This document shows positions 11,400-24,560 of a stretch of 64,000 nucleotides of DNA, piece by piece. This DNA is from Lama guanicoe (Eukaryota). The stretch covers positions 282,676-346,675 of the forward strand of contig MU053629.1 in NCBI GenBank assembly GCA_013239625.1, written 5' to 3'. The translations under genes were made by a program, and so were the position numbers. Each line of letters starts with the position of its first letter. Within the stretch, counting starts at the first letter, position 1. The notes under the pieces are model-generated. The model saw nothing but the letters and a program-made list of their open reading frames with translations. It searched no databases and was not told where the DNA came from.

Positions 11400-13890
11400 T
11401 ATTAAGCCAAGAAATATCTTCCACATTCAAAAATCAAATTAAATTTAAAAGGAAAAATCAAGCTTTAAAATTAAATAGACACAAATTAATTCAACTGTAT
11501 ATCAAATTGCTAACACAACACCAGAGAAAAATAATTCAAGTAGTTACTGAAAACAATGTAATCTGACTGGGTTAAAAAGATCCTGAGGACAAAAAGAACT
11601 ACAAAAAACCTTGAATTTACTCAGTAGGTTTGTTGTTGGTAAAGCAACCAGTTTTAGAAATTCTGAAACTATTTTGTGAATATTTGTAGGGCAGAACAAA
11701 TAAGTAAATATATTGATATCTTTGGAACCAAAGTTCTCTCTGTGGGAAAATTTGAAATGTGAAACTGAGAAGAAGACTGTGGTAATGGATTTAATTGGAG
11801 GTGTCAATATAAACTCAATATTGTTTTTTAAAATACAGTATATATTCCAGGTCTGCCCACTCCAGGGGCTTAGAAACAATAACACTCTGGTAGCTACAAT
11901 GCCCAGATTTTGTTTCTTAAACAGCACTCCTCACTAAAAGGAACCGGGGCTCCTTAGAAAAACAACTGATTCCAGGGACGTGTAAGATGAGCCTAGAAAT
12001 GTTTTTTGTTCCCAAAATCACAATCATGCTCAAAGACTGCCAGTGACATATCAAAGGGACACAGGAGCCAGCTTGGAGAGGCTCCCATGGTCAAATCCAG
12101 GACAATGTGAGCATCAAAATTAATAGTGACTGTAATGGATTATAATGGACTATATAAAAAAGCATCTATTTGTGTACATGCTGAAACCAGAGAGATAGAG
12201 AGGGAGAGGAAAAGGGTGGGGGGGAGAAACTCTCTTTTACAAAATAATATCCATTAATGAATGTAGAAAAATAATGAAATTTCCTGAAATCACTATTTTG
12301 CCAATGTATCACCAGTGTAATAATTAGTAAGCATTAAGTGATTCAGGAAAATTTCATCAATAAACGCCAAAACCATTAAGTGAAAAAAAACATGTGCATG
12401 ATCTCTAAGTATCACCTACAAATTACTGACTAAAGACAAAGGGGGAAAGGAATGGTTACAATGGAGAGACGTTACGGACACCGCCTCACCACATAATTGA
12501 AGTTGGCATCACCCTACCATGAGATCCTACTACACAGCTACTAAAATAGCTAAAGTTAAAAGACTGACAACACCAAGTACTGCCCAGGATGTGACGGAAC
12601 TAAAATTCTCATACATTACTGGTGGGAGTGAAAATGGTACAGTCACTTTGGAAAGAGTTGGGCAGATCCTTACAAAGCTAAGCACACACTCATCCAGACA
12701 ACACAGCAGTTCCATTCCTGGATATTTACTCAAGAGAAATATAAAGAAGTCCACACAAATGTTCACAGCAGCTTTATTCATAATAGCTAAAAGCTAGAAA
12801 TAGCCCAAATATCCATCAACTGATTAAGGAATAAAAAGTGATTGCTATATCCATACAAAGAAATGCTAACCAACAATAAAAAGAAACTGTTTGATACATG
12901 CAACAACATGGATAAAACCCAAAAGCATTATGCTAAGTGATAGAAGCCAAACACAAAAGCCTGTAAACTGTATGATTCCATTTATTTTACATTCATAATA
13001 GGCAAAACTACAGTGACAGAAATCAGATCTATGACTGCTAGGACTTGGGGCTGGAGAAAGAGAGGGAGTCCAAGGGACATGCGGGAACTCTGGGGGATGA
13101 TGGAAACTCTGTATCCAGATTGAAGTGGTGGTTACATAACTGTATACCTTTTATACAATTTATGCAAAACTAATGTATACATTTACACTAAAAGGTGAAT
13201 GGTACTATATGTATATTATACTTTAATAAACCTCATCAAAGAATTAGCATCACCAATAACTGGTAGGAGGGGAAGATATCACGTGCTTCCTGATGTGAAG
13301 CAGGGGAAGTATCACCTCTGTAGAACTCTGGCTAAAAATAACCTCCATCTAATCATGGGGAAACAATCTGACAAACCCAGCTAACGGAACCTTCTACAGC
13401 ACAAGGGGCCTGGACTCTGAAAACGTCAAAGTCTTGAAAGACCAAGACAAGGGTAGGAGGAGGCAGCTGTTCAAAATGAAAAGGGGCTAAAGAAACACAG
13501 TAGCCAAATGCAATGGGAAATCTAATAACTTTTAAAAATGAAAACCAACTACAAAGGACACTTGAAAAATTTGAATATGATTTTATATATATATATGTTA
13601 GGTAATGCTGTTGAATCAATATTAAATTTTTCGATGTCATAATGGTGTGGTTCTTTAAGAAAATATCTTTGTTTTTAGGAGACACATGCTAAAACATATA
13701 CAGGTGAAGTGTTACGATGTCTGAAATGTATTTTCCATTGGTTCAACTAAAAAAAAATATGTAGGGTGAAGGGGAGGCAGACATGTCAAACATTTCTATT
13801 GGTGAACTTGGAAGAAGGTTGTAAATGTTTTATGTGCTTTCATTATACTATTTTTTCAAATTTATATAGGTTTGAAATTTTTCAAAATAA
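11400..13890 (+). mobile_element. Old L1 (L1MC/MD-like) 3'UTR with nested L1MB/ME-like 3' end (~12515-13235)
   Basis: tagctacaatgcccagattt...aaaggaaccggggctccttagaaa; inner ccatgagatcctactacaca...ctttaataaa; flanks ggcatcacc/agcatcacc resume the outer element. Confidence 0.75.
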
Positions 13891-14694
13891 AGGATAGGGA
13901 GAGGAAACAGTTAATTATTTTTAACGGTTAGACATTTAATTGGCCTGAACTTCAGTCGTGTGGAAAATCCATATATTTATATAGAACAATTTATTACAGA
14001 CAAATGAGGTTTTCCTTACCTGTTCACCCATTACTTACTTTAAAAAGAACTAGCTCAGCTGAGGTTTACCCATTTTTTCCATTTAAAACAGCCCAGGAGA
14101 ATCTGAAATGCTGACACCATCATTTTCTTGACCTCCACTCCATTTTTTAGGCCTGACTAACCTTTGCTGACCAGATAAAGCAAAAAATATAAACAGCAAA
14201 AATTGGCCGTCCCAGAGAAACTGACAAACTTGCCATCATAGTGGGAGACACTAATGTCCTTTTCTCAGTAACTGACAGATTAGACACACAGAAAAGCAAT
14301 CAGCTTTTATAGAAGATTTGGGGAGGACAATAAGATAGAACATTGTAACAACAAAACTGAGGAAAAGGCTTTTTGAATAAAAATTGCCCACGCAGTAAGC
14401 CGTAAAGCAAGTCTCAATAAATTGCAAAGAGTCAGTGCCTAACAGAACACATTCTCTAATCACAATGTAACTGAGATAGAGATTAATTTTTTAAAAGATA
14501 ACTTTTAAAATCTATACATTTGAAAATAGACACACATAAATAATTCAGAGGTCAATGCCCAAAAAAGTAAAAATTGAGGAAGTCTGAGAGCTCCCCTGTT
14601 CTGCCCCCTGCAAAAGATCCACAAGATGTGTTGAGACACAACTGACGGGCGTCCTCAGAAGAAAGCACTTAGCTGTAAAGGTTTATAAGAGGGT

Positions 14695-15030
14695 AAATGT
14701 ATCTTAGCCTGGGTTTCCCAGAAAGTGCAGCCAAATAAAACAAAGCGTTGTGTTGTAGAGTGTGATTCCCTGGGGCAAGAGTGAAAGAGGGAGTGAAGCA
14801 GGGAAAGAGGGAGAGTGAGGTAAGGATGCATTTTGTGTTAGGGGCGAGCCTCTATCCATAGGCTTCATCCACCATCAATCAGAGGCTTGCCCCAGAAGGT
14901 GCTAAGTCCTTCCATATTTCCAAATTGAGCATCCAGAGCAGGAGGTAAGAGGTAGTGCCACACACCTGAGTCAAGGCACTGTCAGGTGTCACTCACATTA
15001 AACCTGACTGGAATCCACACGTTCTCCACA
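14695..15030. mobile_element. ERVL LTR16-like
   Basis: tcttagcctgggtttcccagaaag...gtgaagcagggaaagagggagag. Confidence 0.55.
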
Positions 15031-15165
15031 AAATTAAAGTTGCACATACCTAGGACCCAGCATTTCCACCCCTAGGTTTACCCTAGAGAAGCTAAAAATT
15101 GTTCACCAAGAAAGCATCCATAAAAACTCGATTTGTAATTTCACAACATCAGAAACAACTTCAGT

Positions 15166-15303
15166 GGGGAGGGTATAGCTCAGTGGTAGAGTGAGTGCCT
15201 AGCATGCATGAGGTCCTGGGTTCAATCCCCAGTACCTCCATTAAAATAAACAAATAAATAAACCTAATTATCTTCCCCTCCAACAAAACAAAACAAAGCA
15301 AAA
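15166..15303 (+). mobile_element. tRNA-derived SINE (vic-1-like) within an old L1 3' fragment (~15030-15780)
   Basis: ggggagggtatagctcagtggtagag...gggttcaatccccagtacctcc; TSD agaaacaactt (15151-15161, 15304-15314). Confidence 0.93.
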
Positions 15304-16862
15304 AGAAACAACTTAAATCCCACCGAGACTAAAATGGATTTAAAATGATGGTATAATCACAGTGGAATAATGTAGTACAATGAAAATGAATGAACTGCTG
15401 GTAACATGTCTCAAAAGCAATGTTGAAAGAAAGAAAAAGCTGGTAACAGAAAAACGCAATGTGATTCGATTTCTTTGAAGGTCTACAACATACAAAGCTT
15501 AACCATATGTTACGAAAGTCTCCATCCATGTGTGTAAAGCCATAAGGAAAAGCAAAGGAATGATTGACACCGATTTCAGGACACCTGTTATGCCTTAAGG
15601 GAGAGGAAAGGATGCCGTGGGAGAGAGGAGAGGATTCAGAGGATCTTCCAAAGTGTTAGTATAATCTCTTTCTCATGCTGAGAGCAGCGTACACAGGGGT
15701 ACATGCCATTTTTATTCTTCAGATTATCACACATGCATTATACGTTCTCTGGTGTTCACTAAAACAATTTTTGAAAATAGTTTTTTTTTTAAAGATCTCA
15801 TGTCCTATTAACACCCTTATCTTTTTCCAACCTCACATTGAGCAAAAAAAATTATAAGCAATCATATCCACCTAGGGCTTTACAATTAACTTAGTCTAGA
15901 TTTCCTCACATTTTAAAAACAAAACCCTGTATTTTCAGCCCCAGGTACTTATTTCAGTTAAATTAACATCACATTCTTTATGCTTCGGTCCCAGGCTACT
16001 TAAAATAAATGTGAATTGATTCACTGATTCAGACTTTTCAACTTCTACCATATTTTCTCACTTGTGCCTCAAGGTATAAATTGGTTATATTTCCTGCCCT
16101 GCTCAAGTCAAATGGGTTCCCTTTATATTCACTAAACAGTGCCTGTTTACACATAACTTTTAAAAATATATAACAGAGCAATATCATGTAGTTAAGAACC
16201 AAACACCTGTGTGCCTAGAGGAAAAGACCATTTGAAAGGGTTTTTTTTTCATTACTGCGATAGGCTATGCTTTTAAGAGAGTGTAAAACATTGCTAAAGT
16301 CATTTAAAGAATACAGCCTTGAACTTCTAGTTTGCATTCTCATTATAGAGAGAATCAGAGTAATGGTTAAAAGTAGCCAGAAAAGTGGGCAGCTCTTTTG
16401 CTTTGAAATCACAGCCTAGAACCCTGACTGGCTGGCCTAGTGGTCCCCAGATAACTGACTGAGCCCTCCTGTGTGCAGGGACCCCACCTGTGTTCAGTAC
16501 CCCTGGGCAGAGGCAGCCCTGGGCAAAGGTCTTCTTTTAGCCTCCAACCCACAAAACCATCAGAGCCTCTGGCTGCTCCTGAGCTACTGCCCCACCCCAA
16601 CAAGACTTTCTTGGGAAGGTGAAAGAATGGCTGAAAAGTCATCCATCCTCAGCTCAGTTTTGTCAAGGAAAACACTTTAATGGAACTGCTCTTATTAAAT
16701 TATCAGAGCCAGCCTGTGCATGTCTTAAAGGCGCTACTCTACTCAGGGACACCTGGATTTTCAGAAGCAGACGCCAAGAGAATTCAGGTGCAAATGATGT
16801 ATTACCAAAGGGCTTCCAGAAGAAACTGGTAAAGAGAAGGGGGAACAGGACAGGGAAAGATG

Positions 16863-17344
16863 TGATGGGTTTCAGGGCACGCTACCCTTGGCATAGTGAG
16901 AAACCAGCAGAAGCAGGAAGGTCATTCTGACCTCAGCCTTCTTCCCTGAAAGCCGGGGATAAATCTCCCATGTGGAAGGTACCCTCCCTGTACCAGGAGG
17001 AAGGGGGACATCCTTATCACCAGAGACAGGGAATTTAGGGCCAGGAAGGCTGTCTAAACAAACTGTGTTATATCTTCACCATGTTACTATCTCAAACCCA
17101 AGCCCCTTTGTCTTGTCAATTCTTCACAAATTTGTTATTTTTGTCTAAAAGGTATAAAAGTTTTCTGGCCTGTTCACTTCTTTGTGTCTCACATCTTTGC
17201 GGAGCTCCCATAAGGTATATATGTGCATACGTAATTTAAATTGTTTTTCTCTTGTTCATGTATCTTTTATTAAGGGGGAGTTGGGGTAGGGTCTCAGCCA
17301 AGAACCTAGAAGGGTAGAGGGAGAATCGTATCTCCTCCCTGACA
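16863..17344 (+). mobile_element. Solo ERV1 LTR (MER34/MER39-like)
   Basis: TG...CA ends (tgatgggtttcagggcacgctacc ... ctccctgaca), tataaaag near 17153, 4-bp TSD gatg/ggtg. Confidence 0.75.
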
Positions 17345-19291
17345 GGTGCGAGCTCAGACAAAATCCTCCAGGAGGTAACTTCAATCTGATATTGCAGGGG
17401 AGCTCCGGAGGGTAAGTTGTGCCTCAGACTCTATCGTGACTTGAGACAAGGGAACCAGGTTCCAGAGCCATGGGCTCAGGGCCCGGGCTTTCCAAGCTCT
17501 CTGTGCAGGTGGGCAAATTCTCCAGTAGCCCAGGGCAGTCCTCCAAAGAAGAGTCACATGTGAGTCACAGGGACCTGAAGTCACAGCTCACAGAGGCTGG
17601 GGAGGAGCTCGTAAAACATCACATGGAGCCGCAGAGGTGTCCCACCCTGCCCTTGACGGCCTGACCTGAGAAGAAGAAGCGACAGGAGAATTCCAGGGCT
17701 GGGTCAACCGGCCAGGACCCTGAAGAGCCCTGTCTGTCCCTCGGCTATGATGCTGCCCTGACTGCTGGCTTCCCCCTGGAGGCCTTGGCCACGGCTGCCT
17801 GAAATCAGCGCTCCCTGAGATGTTCTGCCCACCTAAGGGGAGCAAGTGTGGAGCTCACCCTCAGGCCTGGGAGTGTGTGTGGTCTGTTTACCTCTGGTGG
17901 AGTCAGTAATGGTTATCAAGTTTCAAACCTGTTTGGGATTGCAGGATCAGAGGGTTTAAGAATACTACCTAGGTGGCCATATTTTCAAGAGAATTGTTGT
18001 TCACTCTGCCTTCTGCATGAGGCCGGATTCACTGGTGCTGAGGGAATCCAGCTAGTCCCTCGGAGGAGCCAAACCCCTCTTGCAAACGCAGCTAAACAGG
18101 CTTCGTCCCATCCTCACTCCTCTCCCAAACTCCCCCTGTCACTGTGGCTTCCCCTCCACCCACCCTCATTTTTGTCTTTCTACCCCTTTGCCCACCTCCC
18201 AGCCAAGTGACCAGTTGTTGGAGCTGGCACAACTGAGACACAGGTGGGGCCACCTGTCCGCGCCAGGCCGTTCTGCCCACCCGCCTCTGGCAGCTGCCGG
18301 CTTGTGGGCATTTCAGAGGCCCAGGCAAGGGGAGGGAGGCAGGAGGGGATAGGAGCAAGTCCTGCCAGGCCAGGCCCGAGTGCTGGCCAGCAGCCATCAT
18401 CAGCCTGTCCTGGAAAATTAGACAGAGAATTTTCAGCCAAATCCAAATAATGGCTCCTGTTAGGAATTGTCCAGATTCAAATTCCAAGTTATGTTTACAT
18501 CTCTGGAGCTGCAGAAGGTGCCAAAGCTTGTTCATACATGAACAAATTTAAAAAATCCTCTTTCCAACAGCTGATTTACCTTCTGCATTAAAAAAAAAAA
18601 AAAAGGAAGAAAGCGGCCTTTCCCCTGACGGTGCTGTGGTTCGATACTCGCCCTAGAAATATCGCAGGGGGCCTGAGATCGGAATGGAATCTGGCTTTGC
18701 TGGATGTGCTGGATACTCAGGAGGCCGCTTGGCACACAGGAAATTGTATTGCTCCAATCATTACCCTGCAGCGCAAAGCACAAAGACATTGCTGTGCTTT
18801 GCTTTTATTTCCTTGAGGACCTTGATTATTTTTATTTATCACATGAAGACCAGCGTTTGAATACAAACATGGGAAGCACCAAATAATTCTTCACTCCTAC
18901 CTCTTTCTGTGATTTAATCCCAGGACATTTTGTGAAGAAAAGCAGTTTCTAGGGGAGATGCTGTTAATCAGACTGTGTTGCCAGCACTGGCTAAGGGAAA
19001 CCACACATTTGCTCTTTATGCAATTTATACTGCACAAGGGGATGTTTATAATTAAAATACTAAGAAGTCAAATATGTTATAGAGTAAAAGGTATAAGGAG
19101 ATAGGCATAATGTGTGATGAACTATTTATCTTTTCACCTAACATTTCCTTTGATCCAAAACAGCAGCACTGGCCCTTTAGGAATAGTGATGAAAGTATGT
19201 GTGTGAGGATGTGCAGTCAACTAATATTTGACCAGGGAGCCAAAAATGCTCAATGAGGAAAGGATAGTCCCGTCAATAATGGTGTTGGGAA

Positions 19292-19588
19292 CAGATACAA
19301 ACTTGTGGTTGCCCGGGGGAGGGAGGTGGGAAGGGACAGACTGGGAGTTTGAAATTTGTAGATACTGACAGGTGTATATATAGAATAGATAAACAAGATT
19401 ATACTGTATAGCACAGGGAAATATATACAAGATCTTGTGGTAGCTCACAGTGAAAAAGAATGTGACAATGAATATGTGTATGTTCATGTATGACTGAAAA
19501 ATTGTGCTCTACACTGGAAATTGACACGACATTGTAAACTGACTATAACTCAATAAGATAAAATTTTCAATAAATAAATAAATAAATA
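19292..19588 (+). mobile_element. Young L1 3' fragment nested in the older L1
   Basis: 14-bp TSD aatggtgttgggaa (19278-19291, 19589-19602); (AAAT)n tail. Confidence 0.92.
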
Positions 19589-20406
19589 AATGGTGTTGGG
19601 AAAAGTGGATAATTGTCTGCAAAAGAATGAAATTGGCCTTCCATCTTAGACCATTCACAAAAATTAATTTGAAATGGGATTAAAGACTTAAATTTAAGAC
19701 CTGAAACTGTAAAACTCCTAGAAGAAAACATAGGGGAAATCTCTTTGACGTGGGTGTTGGCAATGATTTTTTTAATATGACACCAAAAGCACAAGCAACA
19801 AAAACAAAAATGAACAAGTGTGACTACAACAAATTAAAAAGTTTCTACACAGCAAAAGAAGCAATCAACAAAATGGAAAAGCAACCTATGGACTGGGAGA
19901 AAATATGTATAAATCATCTATCTTGATATTCAAGGAACACATACAACTCAATAGCCAAAAAAAAAAACCCAAATAATTCAATTTAAAAATGAGTAGAAGA
20001 CATGAATAGACATTTTCCAAAGACATCCAAATGGCTAACAGATATGTGAGTAGATGTCCAACATCATTAATCATCTGGTAAATCCAAATCAAGACTGCAA
20101 TGAGATCTCACTCACACCTGTGAGAATGGCTATTCTCAAAAAGCAAGTGTTAACAAATGTTGGTGAGAATGTGGAGAAAAGGGAGCCCTTGTGCCCTGTT
20201 GGTGGGAATGTAAACTGGTACAGCCACTATGGAAAACAGTATGGAGGTTCCTCAAAAAATTAAAAATAGAACTGCCATGTGGTCCAGCAATCTCACTTCT
20301 AGGTATATATCAAAGGAAATGAAATTACTATCTCAAACAAGTATCTGTACTTCCAAGTTCACTGCAATGTTATTCACAACAGCCAAGATATGGAAACAGG
20401 TGTCCA

Positions 20407-20546
20407 CTGATGAATGGTAAATACAATGAAATGTTATTCGGTCATGTGATATAAGGAAACCCTGACACCTGATGAATGAATAAAGTGTAGTATCTGTAAA
20501 TACAATGAAATGTTATTCGGTCATGTGATATAAGGAAACCCTGACA
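20407..20546. repeat. Local tandem duplication with a 51-bp perfect core
   Basis: gtaaatacaatg...aaaccctgaca at 20417-20467 and 20496-20546. Confidence 0.95.
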
Positions 20547-21179
20547 TTTGTGGCAACATAGAACTTGAGGCCATTATGTTTAGCGAAATAAGTCAGACAG
20601 AGAAAGACAAATACTGTATGATTTCACTTATATACTAGAAAATAACAAAATTCATAGAACAGAGAATAGAATGGTGGTTGCCCAGGACTGGGATGTGGAG
20701 AAATGGGAAGATGCTGATCAAAGGGTACAAACTTCCAGTTATAAGATAAATAAGTTCTGGGGAATCTAATGTACAGCCTGGTATTGTGTTACATACTTGA
20801 AAGTTGCTGAATGTTCTCACCACAGAAAGAGAGAAAACATATTTATGTGAGGTGGTGGAAGTATTAACTAAACTTACTGTGGTAATCATTTTGCAGTATT
20901 TGTGTATCAAATCATCATGTTACACATTTTAAACTTACACAAGGTTATATGTCAATTTTAAAAAAGAGATTTTGTGTGTTTGTATATGTTTGAAGCAATG
21001 GAGTAAAGAAAGTAATTCTTGCAAAATGCCTGGCCCACAATAAGTTCTAAAATTTGGTAGTTTACTATGGATATATATTTTTAAATCCCACGATCAATTG
21101 AATTTTGGAAAGTTTTATTTAAACAATATTAAGCAGGTATCTTTACTGCAGTATGTCTCAGAGTCAGTTATATGTTAAT

Positions 21180-22005
21180 TGCTATCTGCTGAATGTCTGT
21201 ATCTTCCCCAAATTCACTGTAGGAATCTTAATGCCCAGTGAGACAGTGGTAGGAGGTAGGGCCACTGGGAGAAGATTGGGTCATGAGGCTGCGGCCCTTC
21301 TGAACGAGATTAGTGTTCTTATGAAGGAAGCTCCACACAGTTCCCTAGCCGCTTCCACCAAGTAAGGACTTATCAAGAAGTTGGCAGTCAGCAGTCTGGA
21401 AGGGGGCCTTAGCAAGAACCCCACCATGCTAGCACCTTGACATTGCTGTACAGGAGAGCGAGCCTCCTGAAATGTGGTCCTTTTGCATGAGGATTACTTT
21501 GAGCTACAGGCAGTCAAGATCCTGGGGGTCAAAAGAAACCATTGCCCCTCCCTCAAGTGGAGGATGTTTCCTAGAAAACAGTTATGATGGAAAATAAATC
21601 GTATCTAAGTGGCCCCATCTATATGGCAGGCAAACATTCGTTACCAAACATCTGCCCTTCTTACCGTCCTGTGAGTGGCCCTCCTGTCCTTGGAAGCCCC
21701 CAGTCCTTAACCCACCCCTTAGCTCAGGATGGCAGGTACACCCCATTTTACCATTCTGTCTTGGGACCTCTCATGTATGTGGGGTTCCCCTACATAAGAA
21801 ATTAAATTTGATTTTCCCCCTTAATTTGTCTCATGTCAGTTTAATTCTTGGAACAGCCAGAAGACCCTAGAAGAGGGGAGGAAAGTGTTCTTCCTCCCCA
21901 ACACGGGACTCCAGCCCCCAGAACTGTGAGAAGTAAATTCCTGGTGTTTACGAGCTATCCAGTCAGTGGTGTTTGTAACAGCAGCCCTAACAGCTAAGAC
22001 ACTAA
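21180..22005 (+). mobile_element. MaLR MLT1A/B-like LTR split by an ERV1 MER34-like LTR (~21447-21903)
   Basis: tgctatctgctgaatgtctgt...gcaccttga | insert ending ttcctccccaaca | ggactccagcccccagaactgtgaga...agctaagaca. Confidence 0.8.
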
Positions 22006-22805
22006 AATACATTGTGAGTCTTGGAGAGGAGTAGCAGAACACCCTCTAAATGCCAGACTCCCACGAACACAGAGCCCCCATTTTCCTACGTAAAGACCAA
22101 CTCTTCTCTGGAACACACTCTGGAAACTTTATGCAACCCATTCAAAAGTGAAACTTCTTCCAGAAGTCAAACACATTTTAAAAGCCAGTATCTATCACTG
22201 CATATTTTATGAAAGGCAGATTTTTCACTCCCATTCACCTATTATCATTAGCTACCTTTATTTTATGTGCCTATTTCATTAGTTTACAATCAATTGCATT
22301 TTTGTACAAATTTTGGCAGAAGGAAGTCTTGTCATTGGATTTTAAAATATATTTTCAAGGGGTCTTTATTGGATATTAAAATGTAATATAATATATTCAG
22401 TGTATGTGTATATACATAATTGTACTGTATAATTATTATATACACACATACATACGATGTATTTGTATTATACATTTACGTCTATATGTATACATATTAT
22501 ATATTATACATATACACACACATATATATCCATATTTAAATAGGGTGTCAATATCAGTTTTTCTTCAGAATGTTTTTCTGATATGTACCTTGCCAAGTAT
22601 TTCAGAGACGATTTAATACAGGCAACTAGTTACTAAAATGTTGAAAAGGGTGGAAGAATTAAAAAGGCTGAGAGGAGATAGCCGCAAGTATTAGTAATCT
22701 GAGGAAACGCTGTCACTCGTAGGGCTGGGGAATCAAAGCTGGAGGAAGAGCCCCAGGTGTATCCTCTAGGTGAGGCTGCTGGGGGTGTCCTGTGGGGCAC
22801 TGGGA

Positions 22806-22819
22806 CCACTGGGTGGCGC
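22806..22819 (+). promoter_or_regulatory. CTCF-like motif
   Basis: CCACTGGGTGGCGC, one deviation from CCASYAGRKGGCRS, in a non-repeat GC-rich patch. Confidence 0.45.
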
Positions 22820-22938
22820 CCTCAGGCCAATGCCCAAAGTGCCCAGCCAGAGCCCTGGGCAGGGGCAGAAACCATGCAGGGGCTGCCTGGCGGGTGCTGG
22901 ACCACTGAGGCTGCAGGGTGAAGAAAAGGCTCCCGGCT

Positions 22939-22984
22939 TCAGCCGCTGGGAACGTCCTCAGCCGCTGGGAACGTCCTCAGCCGC
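22939..22984. repeat. 19-bp tandem repeat, 2.4 copies
   Basis: tcagccgctgggaacgtcc x2 plus tcagccgc. Confidence 0.95.
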
Positions 22985-24490
22985 AGGACCCTTGCACCTC
23001 TCTCCCACCTGCCTCCCAGACCTTCCTCACAGCTTCTGACAGGCAGAACCCAACAGAAAGTCAACGCACAAGGTGGGCTGGGAAACGAAGTTCCTAAAAT
23101 ACACAGCAGGAAACAGGAGGGAAGGAACAAGAGCTGAGGACCCACAAATGACCAGCATGATGGCAGTGAGAAATTTAAAAAGCAATCACACTGGTAGGTT
23201 TGAAGTAAAGCCCTTTCTTTTTTCCTCTCACGATCAACAGAGAAACTGGTCTCCTTTAACTTTGCAAATTTGAATTAATAATGAAGAGACTAAATTAGTA
23301 CTGAACTAAGGTAATTTGGGGGAAGTAAGAACATTTTAAAAAAAGGAAAATCCTTTCAACTCAGATTTGAAGGAATGATAAAACGAAATAAAATTTTCAT
23401 AGCTTATATGACGGGTCTTAAATTTCTTTAAAATATGAGCACTTAATTTGACTAAGCATGAAATTTTAATTGGCACTAAGTACTTCATCTCATGTCTCTC
23501 CTTTTTAATGTTTTTACCTTTTGCAAATTTCACCCCTTGCTCTGTCTTTAACCCTTAACATGCGGTACAGGCTCTTCACACTGCAGATACTACAGCCTGG
23601 TCATCAGTGGTACATATGTTTAGTCATTAAAACTACAACCCAGCTGTATAAAGCACAGTAAAAATTATGTCTAAATTATGAATCTGAGGCATTCAAAATC
23701 CTGAAGTTCTTTTGAAAATATTAAAGATTAAATCATGCCTGGTTAAATTTTTGCAGAGCATTTCCCAAAATACAGTGTGCAAAACCTCAGTTCCTCGGGC
23801 TGCTACCAGGGTGGCCAATCATAGGGTCTCTTTGGTCAAACAGGTCTGGAAAAATTGGTTTAAGTCAAACCTTTTCAAACTCTCTGTGATGAAGGATCAA
23901 CTTTCCTTTTATTTCAAATTTGTCTCATGCCATTTTTTGGAAAATATAATAAAAACAAATCACCAAATAAATGAAATTTAAAAGGTACACAAAGAGGCCT
24001 GATTTCCTTTATTATGATGATCAACAAACATTAAATTATTCTGTCAAATTTCTCTAAAGTTTCTAAACGCTTACTCTGTTCATTATAGTTCTTGTCAGAG
24101 ACCAAGAAGAAAACAGTTCAAACATTCAGCTGACTAACTCCACAGACTGTATTTTAAGTTTAAACAAAAGGCAGATGTTTCATTACCAAAGTACTTCTCA
24201 GAGATTTTCACATACTAACAGACACTGTGAATCTATAAGAGGTAGATTTCACGTGGAACACTTAGGACATTTTCCCAATTCAATAAGAGCACAGAATCTC
24301 TTCCTTTGGTTGACTGGTGTTACCAGCACATCCTGTGGAATCTGTGTTTCATGGGACATACTTTGAGAAGTACTTTGAAGTGTGTTTTGTTAAATTCTCA
24401 TTTCCTAAATATTGCATGCATGCCATGCAGGTTAACCTTTGCTTCCCAGCACATCTGTATTTCCAGACAATTCCATATTACCTAAATAAA

Positions 24491-24560
24491 GATGGATGGA
24501 TGGATGGATGGATGGACAGATGGAAAAGAAAGAGGAAGGAAGGCAGGGAGGGAGGGAGGA
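24491..24560. repeat. (GGAT)n followed by purine-rich (GGAA/GGGA)n
   Basis: Directly visible. Confidence 0.85.

Larger units (their letters stand above)
19215..20965 (+). mobile_element. L1 (L1MA-like) ORF2 3' part and 3'UTR
   Basis: ORF2 C-terminal remnants ([13 protein letters not shown] at 20054-20263); typical 3'UTR and short A tail. Confidence 0.9.

Noticed and set aside
15166..15240. tRNA-like sequences (also 4251, 34340-34545, 40747, 46418, 50445)
   Set aside because: A-rich tails, TSDs and degenerate stems show they are SINE heads, not tRNA genes
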